Positions 39,229 to 48,143 of a DNA stretch of 64,000 bases are shown piece by piece. Every line of letters begins with the position of its first letter. Position 1 is the stretch's first letter. This DNA is from a virus: positions 32,001-96,000 of the IMG/VR virus record IMGVR_UViG_3300025598_000023; one strand, 5' to 3'. Both the position numbers and the translations under genes were made by a program. Below the pieces are notes generated by a model that did not search any database, was not told where the DNA came from, and was given only the letters and a program-made list of their open reading frames with translations.

Positions 39229-42127
39229 TACCTATTGGTATGATTATGCAGATTGCAATGATATTAAAGAATTAATTGCCAAAGCAATTGCTTCCAGTCG
39301 CACCGAATATATTTGGCTGCGTCATCGTGCAGTAGATTATACTAATTTTAATTTACGATTTATTCCACCGCGACATCAATCAAACATGTTGCATGCTTGG
39401 GCAAGTCATGATAATCCAAAATGTTACACAACGTGGTTAATACCAATTGAAAATTATGGTGAGATATTTTATCACGATGGTATATTACCTATTGTACAAC
39501 AACCAACTTGGACAACAAGCGAACAAGTATTATATGATGGTTTTAATTTTAATTGGTACCCTGATGTATGGGATTGGGATAAACAACATCACTTTGCAAT
39601 GGATGGCACTACTCAATTATCTTACACAAGTGTAGGAAATGGCAATGAAGTAAAATATCATATTAGCAACTTGCGTTTTAAATCTATAGGTGTTTGGTAT
39701 GATACAGATATTATAGATGATTCACCTTATGAATGGAATTGGATTGCAGATAATCGTATTGACTATACCGATTTTAATTGGAACTGGTTGCCTGATAGAT
39801 GGGATGCAGATAAAATACATGAATTTTGTATGTGGGGCGCGGAACAATTATCTTATACACGATTAATGCGTCGAAATTGTAAAAAAGAAAAAGTCTATCA
39901 CTCCTCATATCTTACTTTTAAGAATATTCCTAAATTGCATCAATTAGAATCTATAGATAGCGAGTGGATTTGGATTATTGACGAGCGTATAGATTATAGC
40001 AACTTTAATTTTAATTGGTTGCCGCCAGCGTGGGATATTAACAAAACACATGCGTTTGTCATGAGTGGCACAACACAACTTGCCTATACTTTTTTACACA
40101 ATACAAAGCATGCAAGCAAACAAATAAAGTATCATATAACAGATTTAAAATTTGATGCTACAAAACAAAATGATGAATGGGTTTGGGAAACAGATGAACG
40201 CATAGATTATAGTCATTTTGATTTTGATTGGTTACCAGATGCATGGGATGCAAATAAAACTCATGCTTTTGCTATGCATGGAACCGAACAGTTGTGCTAT
40301 ACTTTTTTACGCAATACAAAAGTTGAAAGTGTTGAAACAAAATATCATAAAACAGATTTGCGATTCAAAAGTGATATTGAAAATGATGAATGGGTTTGGA
40401 TTAAAGACGATAGAATAGATTATAGTGATTTTGATTTTGATTGGTTACCTGATGCGTGGGATGCCGATAAAACACACGTATTTTGTATGGCTGGCACAAA
40501 ACATCTAGGATATACTAAACTTATAAACACCAATATTAAAAATCCCAAAATAATTTATCACAGCAGTAATTTAAAATTTTTACCACAAGTGCGTCCAGTC
40601 ATTTATTGGCAAGATTACACTAATAGTTTTAATTTAGAAACGTTTAAATCATTAGCAATGGGAAGTGAATGGACATGGATTGCTGATCGTCGCATTGATT
40701 ATAGCGATTGGGACTTTGATTGGTTACCTGATGGATGGGATACGAATTATATTCATTGTTTTACAATGAAAGACAAAGAACAATTAAGTTATACTATTCT
40801 TATTCACAGAGATGCAATTACAAATTTCGTAGATTACAAATATCACACAGCACAGCTACAGTTCAATGATACACATGCTGACATGTGTTTAATTAACACG
40901 AACTCATTTGATAATACTATTACGCAAGACTTTCAAGTTCGTTTAATTACAACAATGGAAGAAGCAATCAAAGCTGCTGTTGCAAAAAGTAAACGTGAAT
41001 GGTTATGGCTTTATAGTGATTGTTGTGAATATGATGGTTTTGATTGGTCATGGTTGCCAGACCTTGATCAACGTGAACAAGTGCATTGTTGGCCAAGTGG
41101 AACTTGTGAAAAAGGCGATACATTTTTAATACACGTTCCAAGTTTTAATCCTAATAAAATTAAGTATAATTTTGAACATAGTGCAGTTATCAGAAAAAAA
41201 TGGACACTTGTCAATTATAAAGAGGACAATTTAGCCCAAGCCTTACAATACAAAAGCAGTGCAATATACACTATTTTTTGCAAGGAGACTATAGGTAATA
41301 TTCCTGATGTTTGTTTATGGGATAAGCGACCTATAATATCTTTAAACAATTCCAATAGTTCAAGTTTAGTGCCTCGTGATTGTATAGTAAAAAAAGAAAT
41401 ATACGAGTATCCGCATCTTATGAAAATATCAGAAGATATAAAAACACAATATGATATTGTTTTTATAAGTTATGACGAAGTTCAAGCAGATGAAAATTAT
41501 GTTAAATTATTAGAATCATATCCACATGCCAAACGAGTGCATGGTGTAGAAGGAATGGAAAATGCATTGGCTGCTGCAGCTAAATGTAGCAATACTGACT
41601 ATTTTTATGCTGTTTTTGCTAAAACAAAATTATATGAAAGTTGGGATTTTACAACCGAACCAGATTACTGGCGTGATCCTCGCAACTATATCTTTTATGC
41701 TATTAATACATCAAATGATTTGGTATACGGTGAAATGGGAATTGTTTTGTATAACAAAAAATTCTTACTTACTGCGCCATCTTACGATGAATTAGGAATA
41801 GATTTTACTATGAGTTTTCCAGTTCAGGTAATTCCACAAATTAGTGCCTATGGAGAATTTGCCACTGACCCTTATCGTGCATGGAGAACTGCTTTTCGTG
41901 AAACATGTAAGTTAGCATACTTTAATAGCCAAAAATCATGCATTGAAACTCAATATCGTATTAACCAATGGAAAACTTATGCTCATGGTGAACATGCAGA
42001 AGACGTTTTAAGAGGTGCCAATGATGGATATCAATATTTTATTGAAAATAGTGACGATTTGTCAGCACTTAAGAAAACATTTCGTTGGGATTGGCTCAAG
42101 AATTATTATAATTCCAAATACAACTAA
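39221..42127 (+). CDS. Repeat-rich protein with C-terminal glycosyltransferase-like domain
   Basis: Six strong ~70-aa WxWxxDxRIDYxxFxFxWLPDxWD repeats plus degenerate copies; C-terminal IVFISYDE..KRVHGVEG..AWRTAFRETCKL paralogous to 29421-30359. Confidence 0.75.
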   Translation: MFDTYWYDYADCNDIKELIAKAIASSRTEYIWLRHRAVDYTNFNLRFIPPRHQSNMLHAWASHDNPKCYTTWLIPIENYGEIFYHDGILPIVQQPTWTTSEQVLYDGFNFNWYPDVWDWDKQHHFAMDGTTQLSYTSVGNGNEVKYHISNLRFKSIGVWYDTDIIDDSPYEWNWIADNRIDYTDFNWNWLPDRWDADKIHEFCMWGAEQLSYTRLMRRNCKKEKVYHSSYLTFKNIPKLHQLESIDSEWIWIIDERIDYSNFNFNWLPPAWDINKTHAFVMSGTTQLAYTFLHNTKHASKQIKYHITDLKFDATKQNDEWVWETDERIDYSHFDFDWLPDAWDANKTHAFAMHGTEQLCYTFLRNTKVESVETKYHKTDLRFKSDIENDEWVWIKDDRIDYSDFDFDWLPDAWDADKTHVFCMAGTKHLGYTKLINTNIKNPKIIYHSSNLKFLPQVRPVIYWQDYTNSFNLETFKSLAMGSEWTWIADRRIDYSDWDFDWLPDGWDTNYIHCFTMKDKEQLSYTILIHRDAITNFVDYKYHTAQLQFNDTHADMCLINTNSFDNTITQDFQVRLITTMEEAIKAAVAKSKREWLWLYSDCCEYDGFDWSWLPDLDQREQVHCWPSGTCEKGDTFLIHVPSFNPNKIKYNFEHSAVIRKKWTLVNYKEDNLAQALQYKSSAIYTIFCKETIGNIPDVCLWDKRPIISLNNSNSSSLVPRDCIVKKEIYEYPHLMKISEDIKTQYDIVFISYDEVQADENYVKLLESYPHAKRVHGVEGMENALAAAAKCSNTDYFYAVFAKTKLYESWDFTTEPDYWRDPRNYIFYAINTSNDLVYGEMGIVLYNKKFLLTAPSYDELGIDFTMSFPVQVIPQISAYGEFATDPYRAWRTAFRETCKLAYFNSQKSCIETQYRINQWKTYAHGEHAEDVLRGANDGYQYFIENSDDLSALKKTFRWDWLKNYYNSKYN
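39501..40864 (+). repeat. Intragenic tandem repeat, ~210-280 bp units
   Basis: TGATGAATGGGTTTGG..GATTATAGT.ATTTTGATTTTGATTGGTTACC at 40171 and 40384 (213 bp apart); six protein-level units. Confidence 0.85.
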
Positions 42128-43175
42128 CAATATATTCAAGTTCACTTTGTTTAAGTTGCGCAAAAACTGGCAAACTCAAACAAGTGGCTGCTAATTCTTC
42201 ACTACTTGGCAATTGTAATAAACTTTTATAAACTGGTTGCTGATGTAATGCTAAAGGAAATTGTAGTCCAGTTTCAATTCCATGTTCTGCTAGATACTGA
42301 CGTAAAACATCTCTGCTAGGTGAAACAATTACAAATTGATTCCATACATGATCGCTATACGGATTGGTAAGAGGTAATATAATTCCGCTGCCTGCAAGAT
42401 TTTCCAAATAATATCTTGCATTAATATCACGTTGTTTATTCCACTTTTTAAGAAATGGAATTTTTGCAGTAACTATTGCTGCTTGCATAGCATCAAGCCG
42501 TTCATTGTATCCAATGCCAGTATGAATATACTTTTCTGTTCGAGCATGGTCTCTGTAGTATCTAATCTTTTCGCATACCTCAACGGAGCCAGTAACAGCG
42601 CCAGCGTCTCCCATTGCACTTAAATTTTTACCAGGATAAAAACTATAACAAGTTGCATATACAAAATCATTGACATCAACTAGAGTGTTATAACATACTG
42701 CGCTTTGTGCTGCATCACGAATAAGCGGAATACCAACGCTTACGCTGCGCAGTTTTTCAATATCAATAGTTTGCCCATATAAATCAACAAATATTATAGC
42801 TTTTGTTTTTTCTGTAATTGCTGTGGCAACAGCATCAATATTAATTGTATAGTATTGATCTATATCAACAAAGATTGGAGTAGCACCAAGTTGGCTTACG
42901 ACTTCTGCGGTGCTCATAAAACTCATTGCTGGCACAATTACTTCATCGCCGCTGCCAATCCCCAAACTCAACAAAGATAAAAATAGTGCACTTGTTCCAC
43001 TGCTGGTTCCAGCACAATCTTTATTATCGGTATAATTTGCCCATGCAACTTCAAATTGTTTAACTGCATCTCCGCCAATAAAATTACTATTGGCAATACA
43101 ATTTCTTATAGCATTATCTATTTCATATTGACATTCTTTATATTCTGCATACAAGTTTGCATATGGTATTTTCAT
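42096..43175 (-). CDS. DegT/DnrJ/EryC1/StrS sugar aminotransferase, DesV/FdtB-like (C3)
   Basis: MKIPYANL..SGTSAL..GDEVIVP..DAAQS..SFYPGKNLSAMGDAGAV..NERLDAMQAA..LSLP; ATGA overlap with the DesII-like stop. Confidence 0.88.
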   Translation of the reverse strand: MKIPYANLYAEYKECQYEIDNAIRNCIANSNFIGGDAVKQFEVAWANYTDNKDCAGTSSGTSALFLSLLSLGIGSGDEVIVPAMSFMSTAEVVSQLGATPIFVDIDQYYTINIDAVATAITEKTKAIIFVDLYGQTIDIEKLRSVSVGIPLIRDAAQSAVCYNTLVDVNDFVYATCYSFYPGKNLSAMGDAGAVTGSVEVCEKIRYYRDHARTEKYIHTGIGYNERLDAMQAAIVTAKIPFLKKWNKQRDINARYYLENLAGSGIILPLTNPYSDHVWNQFVIVSPSRDVLRQYLAEHGIETGLQFPLALHQQPVYKSLLQLPSSEELAATCLSLPVFAQLKQSELEYIVSCIWNYNNS

Positions 43176-44545
43176 CCTCGTATCCTTACTGGTCCAATTG
43201 ACCAATCAATGCCATATTCTGCGTCATCTCGTGCTTGATTGATTAATAAACTTATTACATGGTCAAAAGCATCAAGAAATCCAACATCCTGTGGCAATGC
43301 ACGAATTTTCTTTTTATTGTTTACGAAAACTTTTGTAACTTCTTCAACTGATGAACCTGCGATATTTCCAATAATGTAACGATCACTGCCTGGTCTATCT
43401 AAAAATCCACTTTCGTGATAAACATAAACATTGCCTTTTACATCTACGGCAACTGAAACTTGTGGAAAACTTTCTGGAATAATTTCATCCCAATTAATCA
43501 TCCGCAAACTACCTACATTTTTATTATATTTTAACGGCTCAAGCGCATAACCTAAATCAAAATGGGTAGACCAGTTTTTTTTAAAATCATCAATAAGTTT
43601 GAATATATCCATTAACTCGCCGCGCTCGGCATCACTTATTGTACGAATATTTTGACTAAAATCTTCACGCAGTGTAACAAAATCTATTGGTGTTGCGCAT
43701 TGCTCGTTAATATAATTTATAATTTTTAAGAGTTCTTTAACATCATTTGCATGTCCTGGCAAAATAATCCAGTTTATACCAACTTTTGTTTTGGCAGCAC
43801 GTTTTTTAAATTCAATAATATTATTAATAATATGTGCAAAACTCTGGCGATTCTTTGTAACAGCATAAGCAGTGTCTTCACTAACGCCATATAAACTAAA
43901 TCTAACGGCTTCTAAATCTAACATACCAGGATGTTTATCAAGATAACGAGCAGTCATCATATTACCATTAGTATACAACTGCATATTATATCCACGTTGT
44001 GCACCATGCGTTATTATATCACCAAGGTATGGGTTTGTTAGTGGTTCAAGACCGCCGCTTATGCGAAATCTATCTTGCCAATTAACATCTGTTTGTGGGT
44101 CTTGGTCAATAATTTGATAAAAATAATCACGACCAATTTCTGCATATTTGTTTTCATATTTTGCAACAGGATTGCGTCCACAAAAACCGCAATAAAACAT
44201 ACAACTCAAACCAGTGTATAAACCAATACGATTTGGATACATCCAACGTCTTTCAATAGCAGATTGCAAAGTGTTGGTTTTTAACAATGGCATAATGGTG
44301 TTAGTCCAATATTTTGTTCCTACCCCATTATGCAAAATTCTATGCTGAGCATCATCGCTATTGCGAATTTCCTCATTAATTTTTTTATGATATTCAAGAT
44401 TAAAATTATATAACTTAGCAATGCTTCTTTGACTAATAAAAGGATCATCAGCAAGCATTTGTATAACTTTTTCTGCATCATCAGATAATGCATGATTTTC
44501 TATAATATCAGTTGTGGTATCTTTGTGTTTATAACCAAGTCTCAT
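43172..44545 (-). CDS. desII: DesII-like radical SAM NDP-4-amino-4,6-dideoxyhexose ammonia-lyase
   Basis: YWTNTIMPL, YPNRIGLYTGLSCMFYCGFC, SGGLEPLTNP, YTNG, RFSLYG, IDFVTLREDFS, DLGYAL, PQVSVAVDVKGNVYVYHESGF, RYIIG and FLDAFDHV occur in the same order as the Streptomyces DesII motifs I recall. Confidence 0.85.
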   Translation of the reverse strand: MRLGYKHKDTTTDIIENHALSDDAEKVIQMLADDPFISQRSIAKLYNFNLEYHKKINEEIRNSDDAQHRILHNGVGTKYWTNTIMPLLKTNTLQSAIERRWMYPNRIGLYTGLSCMFYCGFCGRNPVAKYENKYAEIGRDYFYQIIDQDPQTDVNWQDRFRISGGLEPLTNPYLGDIITHGAQRGYNMQLYTNGNMMTARYLDKHPGMLDLEAVRFSLYGVSEDTAYAVTKNRQSFAHIINNIIEFKKRAAKTKVGINWIILPGHANDVKELLKIINYINEQCATPIDFVTLREDFSQNIRTISDAERGELMDIFKLIDDFKKNWSTHFDLGYALEPLKYNKNVGSLRMINWDEIIPESFPQVSVAVDVKGNVYVYHESGFLDRPGSDRYIIGNIAGSSVEEVTKVFVNNKKKIRALPQDVGFLDAFDHVISLLINQARDDAEYGIDWSIGPVRIRG

Positions 44546-45657
44546 TATAATGAATTTATCACAGTTTGTATAACTGTGTCAACTTGTTCATCAGTTAAGT
44601 GCCAGTGACTTGGTAAACTTATAATACGTTCGTTATTAGTAATATATTCTGCATGTGGACACAATTGATAACCATAAGATTTTACAAATGGTTCACGATT
44701 AAGTGGTCTTGAATAATGGCTACTATATTCTATGTCGGCAGCCTTTAATGCTGCCTTGACACTATCTTGACGTAATGGTGCTATGCTAAATGAATAATAA
44801 TTCCATGTTCCCCATTGTTGTCGCAATGGTAAATCTAATGCTTTAGCATAATTTATAAATTCATTATAATAACGTTTGCAAATTGAAAGTTTTCTTGGTA
44901 AATGATCTTCATAGTAAGGAACTTTTGCTACAAGCGTAGACGCTTGTGTTGATAACATACGAAAGTTAAGACCAGGCAATTCTATTTGACCATAAGGACC
45001 ACCTTCAATTTTACCCATTGTGCATGTGCCATTTAATATAGATGGATGAATTGTTTTACTTACGATAGCACCACCGCCACTGCCGCCAAGATTCTTGAGT
45101 GGATTAAAACTTAAACAAATAGCATCAGCAATAGTTTGGTCATATTCGTTTGAACATAATCCAAAACTATGAGCAGCATCAATAATCCATTTTATATTAT
45201 GGTCATCGCACCATTTGCGAACACGGGTTAGATCAACGCCTTGACCATATAAATCAACAGTGATAAGAGTGCTTATTTCTTCACCATACTTGGCATACAT
45301 TTCATCAAGTAGTTCAATATCCAACAACCAACTACTATCAATATCAACAAAGGTTGGGATACAACCTACTGCCATGACTGCTTGTGCAGTAGCTGCATAT
45401 GTTAGTGCTGGCAACAACACTCTACTACCGCACTTTGTATATAGTGCCATAAGTGCAGCTATAAGTGAACTGGTTCCGCTATTAGTAAGTTCAACATGAG
45501 CATTATTATACTTTACACGAATATATCGTGCAACAGCATCGTGTGCATTACCACTATAAAATTGCCCACTTTTAAAAGCAGATTGCATACCACCAAGTAT
45601 GTAACCTTTACAATCTTCGTATTGTTCTTTAAGATTGTAATAATTTATTGATGCCAT
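44545..45657 (-). CDS. DegT/DnrJ/EryC1/StrS sugar aminotransferase (divergent; DesI-role candidate)
   Basis: NSGTSSL..LPALTYAATAQAV..VDLYG..IDAAHSFG..SFNPLKNLGG..ISLP. Confidence 0.85.
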   Translation of the reverse strand: MASINYYNLKEQYEDCKGYILGGMQSAFKSGQFYSGNAHDAVARYIRVKYNNAHVELTNSGTSSLIAALMALYTKCGSRVLLPALTYAATAQAVMAVGCIPTFVDIDSSWLLDIELLDEMYAKYGEEISTLITVDLYGQGVDLTRVRKWCDDHNIKWIIDAAHSFGLCSNEYDQTIADAICLSFNPLKNLGGSGGGAIVSKTIHPSILNGTCTMGKIEGGPYGQIELPGLNFRMLSTQASTLVAKVPYYEDHLPRKLSICKRYYNEFINYAKALDLPLRQQWGTWNYYSFSIAPLRQDSVKAALKAADIEYSSHYSRPLNREPFVKSYGYQLCPHAEYITNNERIISLPSHWHLTDEQVDTVIQTVINSL

Positions 45658-46507
45658 CTTCTAAACTTGTCTTTGGCGTGTAGCCAAGATATTGCACAGC
45701 ACGGCGAGTATCAAGCGCACCACGTTTTGGCATATCAAATGGTATGCCATCACCATATATAATTTTGCTTTGTGTTTTTGTCCAATCTCTTATTACATTG
45801 ATAGCATCTTGTAGTGTTCTTGCGCTTCCATAACTTACATTAGCTATAAAATTATGTGTGTCAAATAGTGCAGCATTTGTGATAGCCTGTGCTACATCTT
45901 CTACATATGTAAAATCTAATGTAGCATGTGGATCATCTACGTGGATTGTTTCTTGATTAAGAGCAGCTTTTATCCATTTAGAGATGACACGATTGCCATC
46001 ATCACGGTTACCATATACAGCAGTAGGACGAATGATTACCCATTTCTGTGCAATAATTCTAACAAGTTCTTCGCACATTTTTTTAGCCCTACCATAATCA
46101 TTGATAGGTTTAAGTGGTGTATCCTCTGCGATAGAGTCTTTCCAGTCACCATATACCATACTGCTGCTTATATAAACCATTTTTGCATTAGGGTATGTTG
46201 TTAATAGATGAATAGTGCTTTGAACTGTATTGCGCCAAGCAGACAAGTTGTCTTTGGAAAAAGTTGCTTGATTTGGTTCACCAGCGAGATGGATAATAAC
46301 ATCGACATCTTGAATAACAGTTTTGCTGCAATCAGCATTGATCCAATCATCATATGCAAATTCCATATAACGACCACGTTCCAAATATAAATCAGTAGTA
46401 ATATATCGTAAATCATCAATAATTGTAACACGATGATTAGCATCTATTAGACGTTTTACAACATGATGACCAATAAATCCAAATCCACCTGTAACTAATA
46501 CATGCAT
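45629..46507 (-). CDS. NAD-dependent NDP-sugar epimerase/dehydratase (extended SDR)
   Basis: MHVLVTGGFGFIG, IIHLAG, ISSSMVYG, YGRAK, RPTAVYG, DFTYVED; start moved to ATG 46507. Confidence 0.88.
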   Translation of the reverse strand: MHVLVTGGFGFIGHHVVKRLIDANHRVTIIDDLRYITTDLYLERGRYMEFAYDDWINADCSKTVIQDVDVIIHLAGEPNQATFSKDNLSAWRNTVQSTIHLLTTYPNAKMVYISSSMVYGDWKDSIAEDTPLKPINDYGRAKKMCEELVRIIAQKWVIIRPTAVYGNRDDGNRVISKWIKAALNQETIHVDDPHATLDFTYVEDVAQAITNAALFDTHNFIANVSYGSARTLQDAINVIRDWTKTQSKIIYGDGIPFDMPKRGALDTRRAVQYLGYTPKTSLEDGINKLLQS

Positions 46508-46508
46508 A

Positions 46509-47351
46509 TTACACCGCCATTTCTGCTTTGATTGTTGAATGAGATTGATAATTTTGTAAAATAATATTATCCATTTTTGCTGTCCAAATATCTGCAACAT
46601 TACTTAAATCTAATGTAGGATATGGATATGGTTCACGACCTAATAATTCTATAACTTGTGGGACATGATTGTTGTAGATATGAACATCGCCAAATGTAAG
46701 AATAAGTTCGCCAACTTCTGCACCAATTGTTTTGGCAATAAGATGTGTGAGTAGAGCATAACTTGCAATATTAAAAGGCACACCCAAAAACAAATCTGCG
46801 CTACGTTGATACATTTGGCAACTTAAAATATTTCTACGAATATAAAACTGCGCAAACATGTGGCAAGGTGGCAGAGCCATCTGATTTAATTCACCTGGAT
46901 TCCATGCAGTAATAATATGGCGGCGACCGTTGGGATCATTCTGCAAACCATCAATAAGATTTTTTAATTGATCTACTTCGACACCATCAGCACTACGCCA
47001 GTGACGCCACTGTACACCATATACACGACCCAGATCGCCATTATAAGAAGAATTTGGAAGCCAATAATCTGCGTTAGCATTTGCAGTCCAGATTGTTTTC
47101 TTGCTTTCATCTCGTGTTCCATATAGAATTTCTGCCAATCTTCTTTCATCACCGCTGCCTTCAATAAACCATAATAGTTCACTAACTACACTTTTCCAAG
47201 CAAGTTTTTTAGTCGTGATTGCTGGAAAACCATCTTGTAAGTTAAACCGTAACTGTTCACCAAATAAACTAATGGTTCCAACACCAGTTCTGTCTATAAC
47301 TTGCGGTCCAGTTAGTATAATTTTTTTACATAATTCATTGTAATTTTGCAC
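46509..47351 (-). CDS. thyA: Thymidylate synthase
   Basis: DRTGVGT, ELLWFI, GRVYGVQWR, MALPPCH, YQRSADLFLGVPFNIASY, DVHIY; likely GTG start 47351. Confidence 0.95.
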   Translation of the reverse strand: MQNYNELCKKIILTGPQVIDRTGVGTISLFGEQLRFNLQDGFPAITTKKLAWKSVVSELLWFIEGSGDERRLAEILYGTRDESKKTIWTANANADYWLPNSSYNGDLGRVYGVQWRHWRSADGVEVDQLKNLIDGLQNDPNGRRHIITAWNPGELNQMALPPCHMFAQFYIRRNILSCQMYQRSADLFLGVPFNIASYALLTHLIAKTIGAEVGELILTFGDVHIYNNHVPQVIELLGREPYPYPTLDLSNVADIWTAKMDNIILQNYQSHSTIKAEMAV

Positions 47352-47838
47352 GACGAGTCCATACTGAAAATATTTTATTCTTTCCATATGATTCATATTG
47401 CATATTGAAAGATTTTAATAACTCTACCACATCTATGCTAACATCGCAATTAAATTCGTCATAAAATGTTGTAAGATATAATTGCTTAAAAAGATGACTT
47501 GTACTTTCAATTAGTTTTGGACCACCAATTATCCATATATCTTTTTTAGGATGTTGTAATTGCAATACTTCTAAACTTTGTTCAATTGCTGCACCTGCTA
47601 TTACATCATGCGCTTTTGGGAAGTTTTCTACGGATTGATTAGTTACTACTGCACAATGACGATCTGGTAGTGGCTTTGGCATTTTTGGGTCTAGCCAAGT
47701 ATTACTACCCATTACAACTACATGACCACGTGTATTGCTACTGAACCACTCCATATCTTGTTTATCATGTGGCCATGGTAGAGTTCCATCTTTGCCCATT
47801 CCACCATTTAAGTCTACTGCAAAGATGGCTTTTATCAT
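47335..47838 (-). CDS. folA: Dihydrofolate reductase
   Basis: AIFAVDLNGGMGKDGTLPW..DMEWF..VVMGSNTW..KPLPDR..WIIGG. Confidence 0.92.
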   Translation of the reverse strand: MIKAIFAVDLNGGMGKDGTLPWPHDKQDMEWFSSNTRGHVVVMGSNTWLDPKMPKPLPDRHCAVVTNQSVENFPKAHDVIAGAAIEQSLEVLQLQHPKKDIWIIGGPKLIESTSHLFKQLYLTTFYDEFNCDVSIDVVELLKSFNMQYESYGKNKIFSVWTRRAKLQ

Positions 47839-48143
47839 TAGTCTAATAATTTGTTTGTTTCTGTTTCAACTTCTTCGGCAATTGCGGTAATATTCAAATG
47901 AAAATCAACACAATCAATGTCATCGGCATTTAATTCAAGATATGCTTCAATTAGTGTTTCAATTTCTTGAAATTCCATACCCTTTTCAAGCATGACTTTA
48001 ATGTCAAAACTATGTGATTGACCATCACTAAAAGATGCGTTAATTGATTTAATAAAACGAATGGGAACATCCGAAATTTCTACTGAAGAAATTAAATGTT
48101 CCCATCTGTTAAAAAATTCATCACTAAAATTAGTATCAGACAC
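47838..48143 (-). CDS. Acidic hypothetical protein
   Basis: 101-aa ORF coupled to DHFR start. Confidence 0.65.
   Translation of the reverse strand: MSDTNFSDEFFNRWEHLISSVEISDVPIRFIKSINASFSDGQSHSFDIKVMLEKGMEFQEIETLIEAYLELNADDIDCVDFHLNITAIAEEVETETNKLLD

Noticed and set aside
39501-40864. CRISPR array or DGR template/variable repeat
   Set aside because: Repeats are in-frame, long and degenerate at synonymous sites; no spacers, no adenine-specific variation, no reverse transcriptase or cas gene
46509-47351. ThyA as a dCMP/dUMP hydroxymethylase for DNA hypermodification
   Set aside because: Canonical PPCH and YQRSAD..GVPFN (Asn, dUMP-specific) motifs and an adjacent DHFR indicate an ordinary thymidylate synthase
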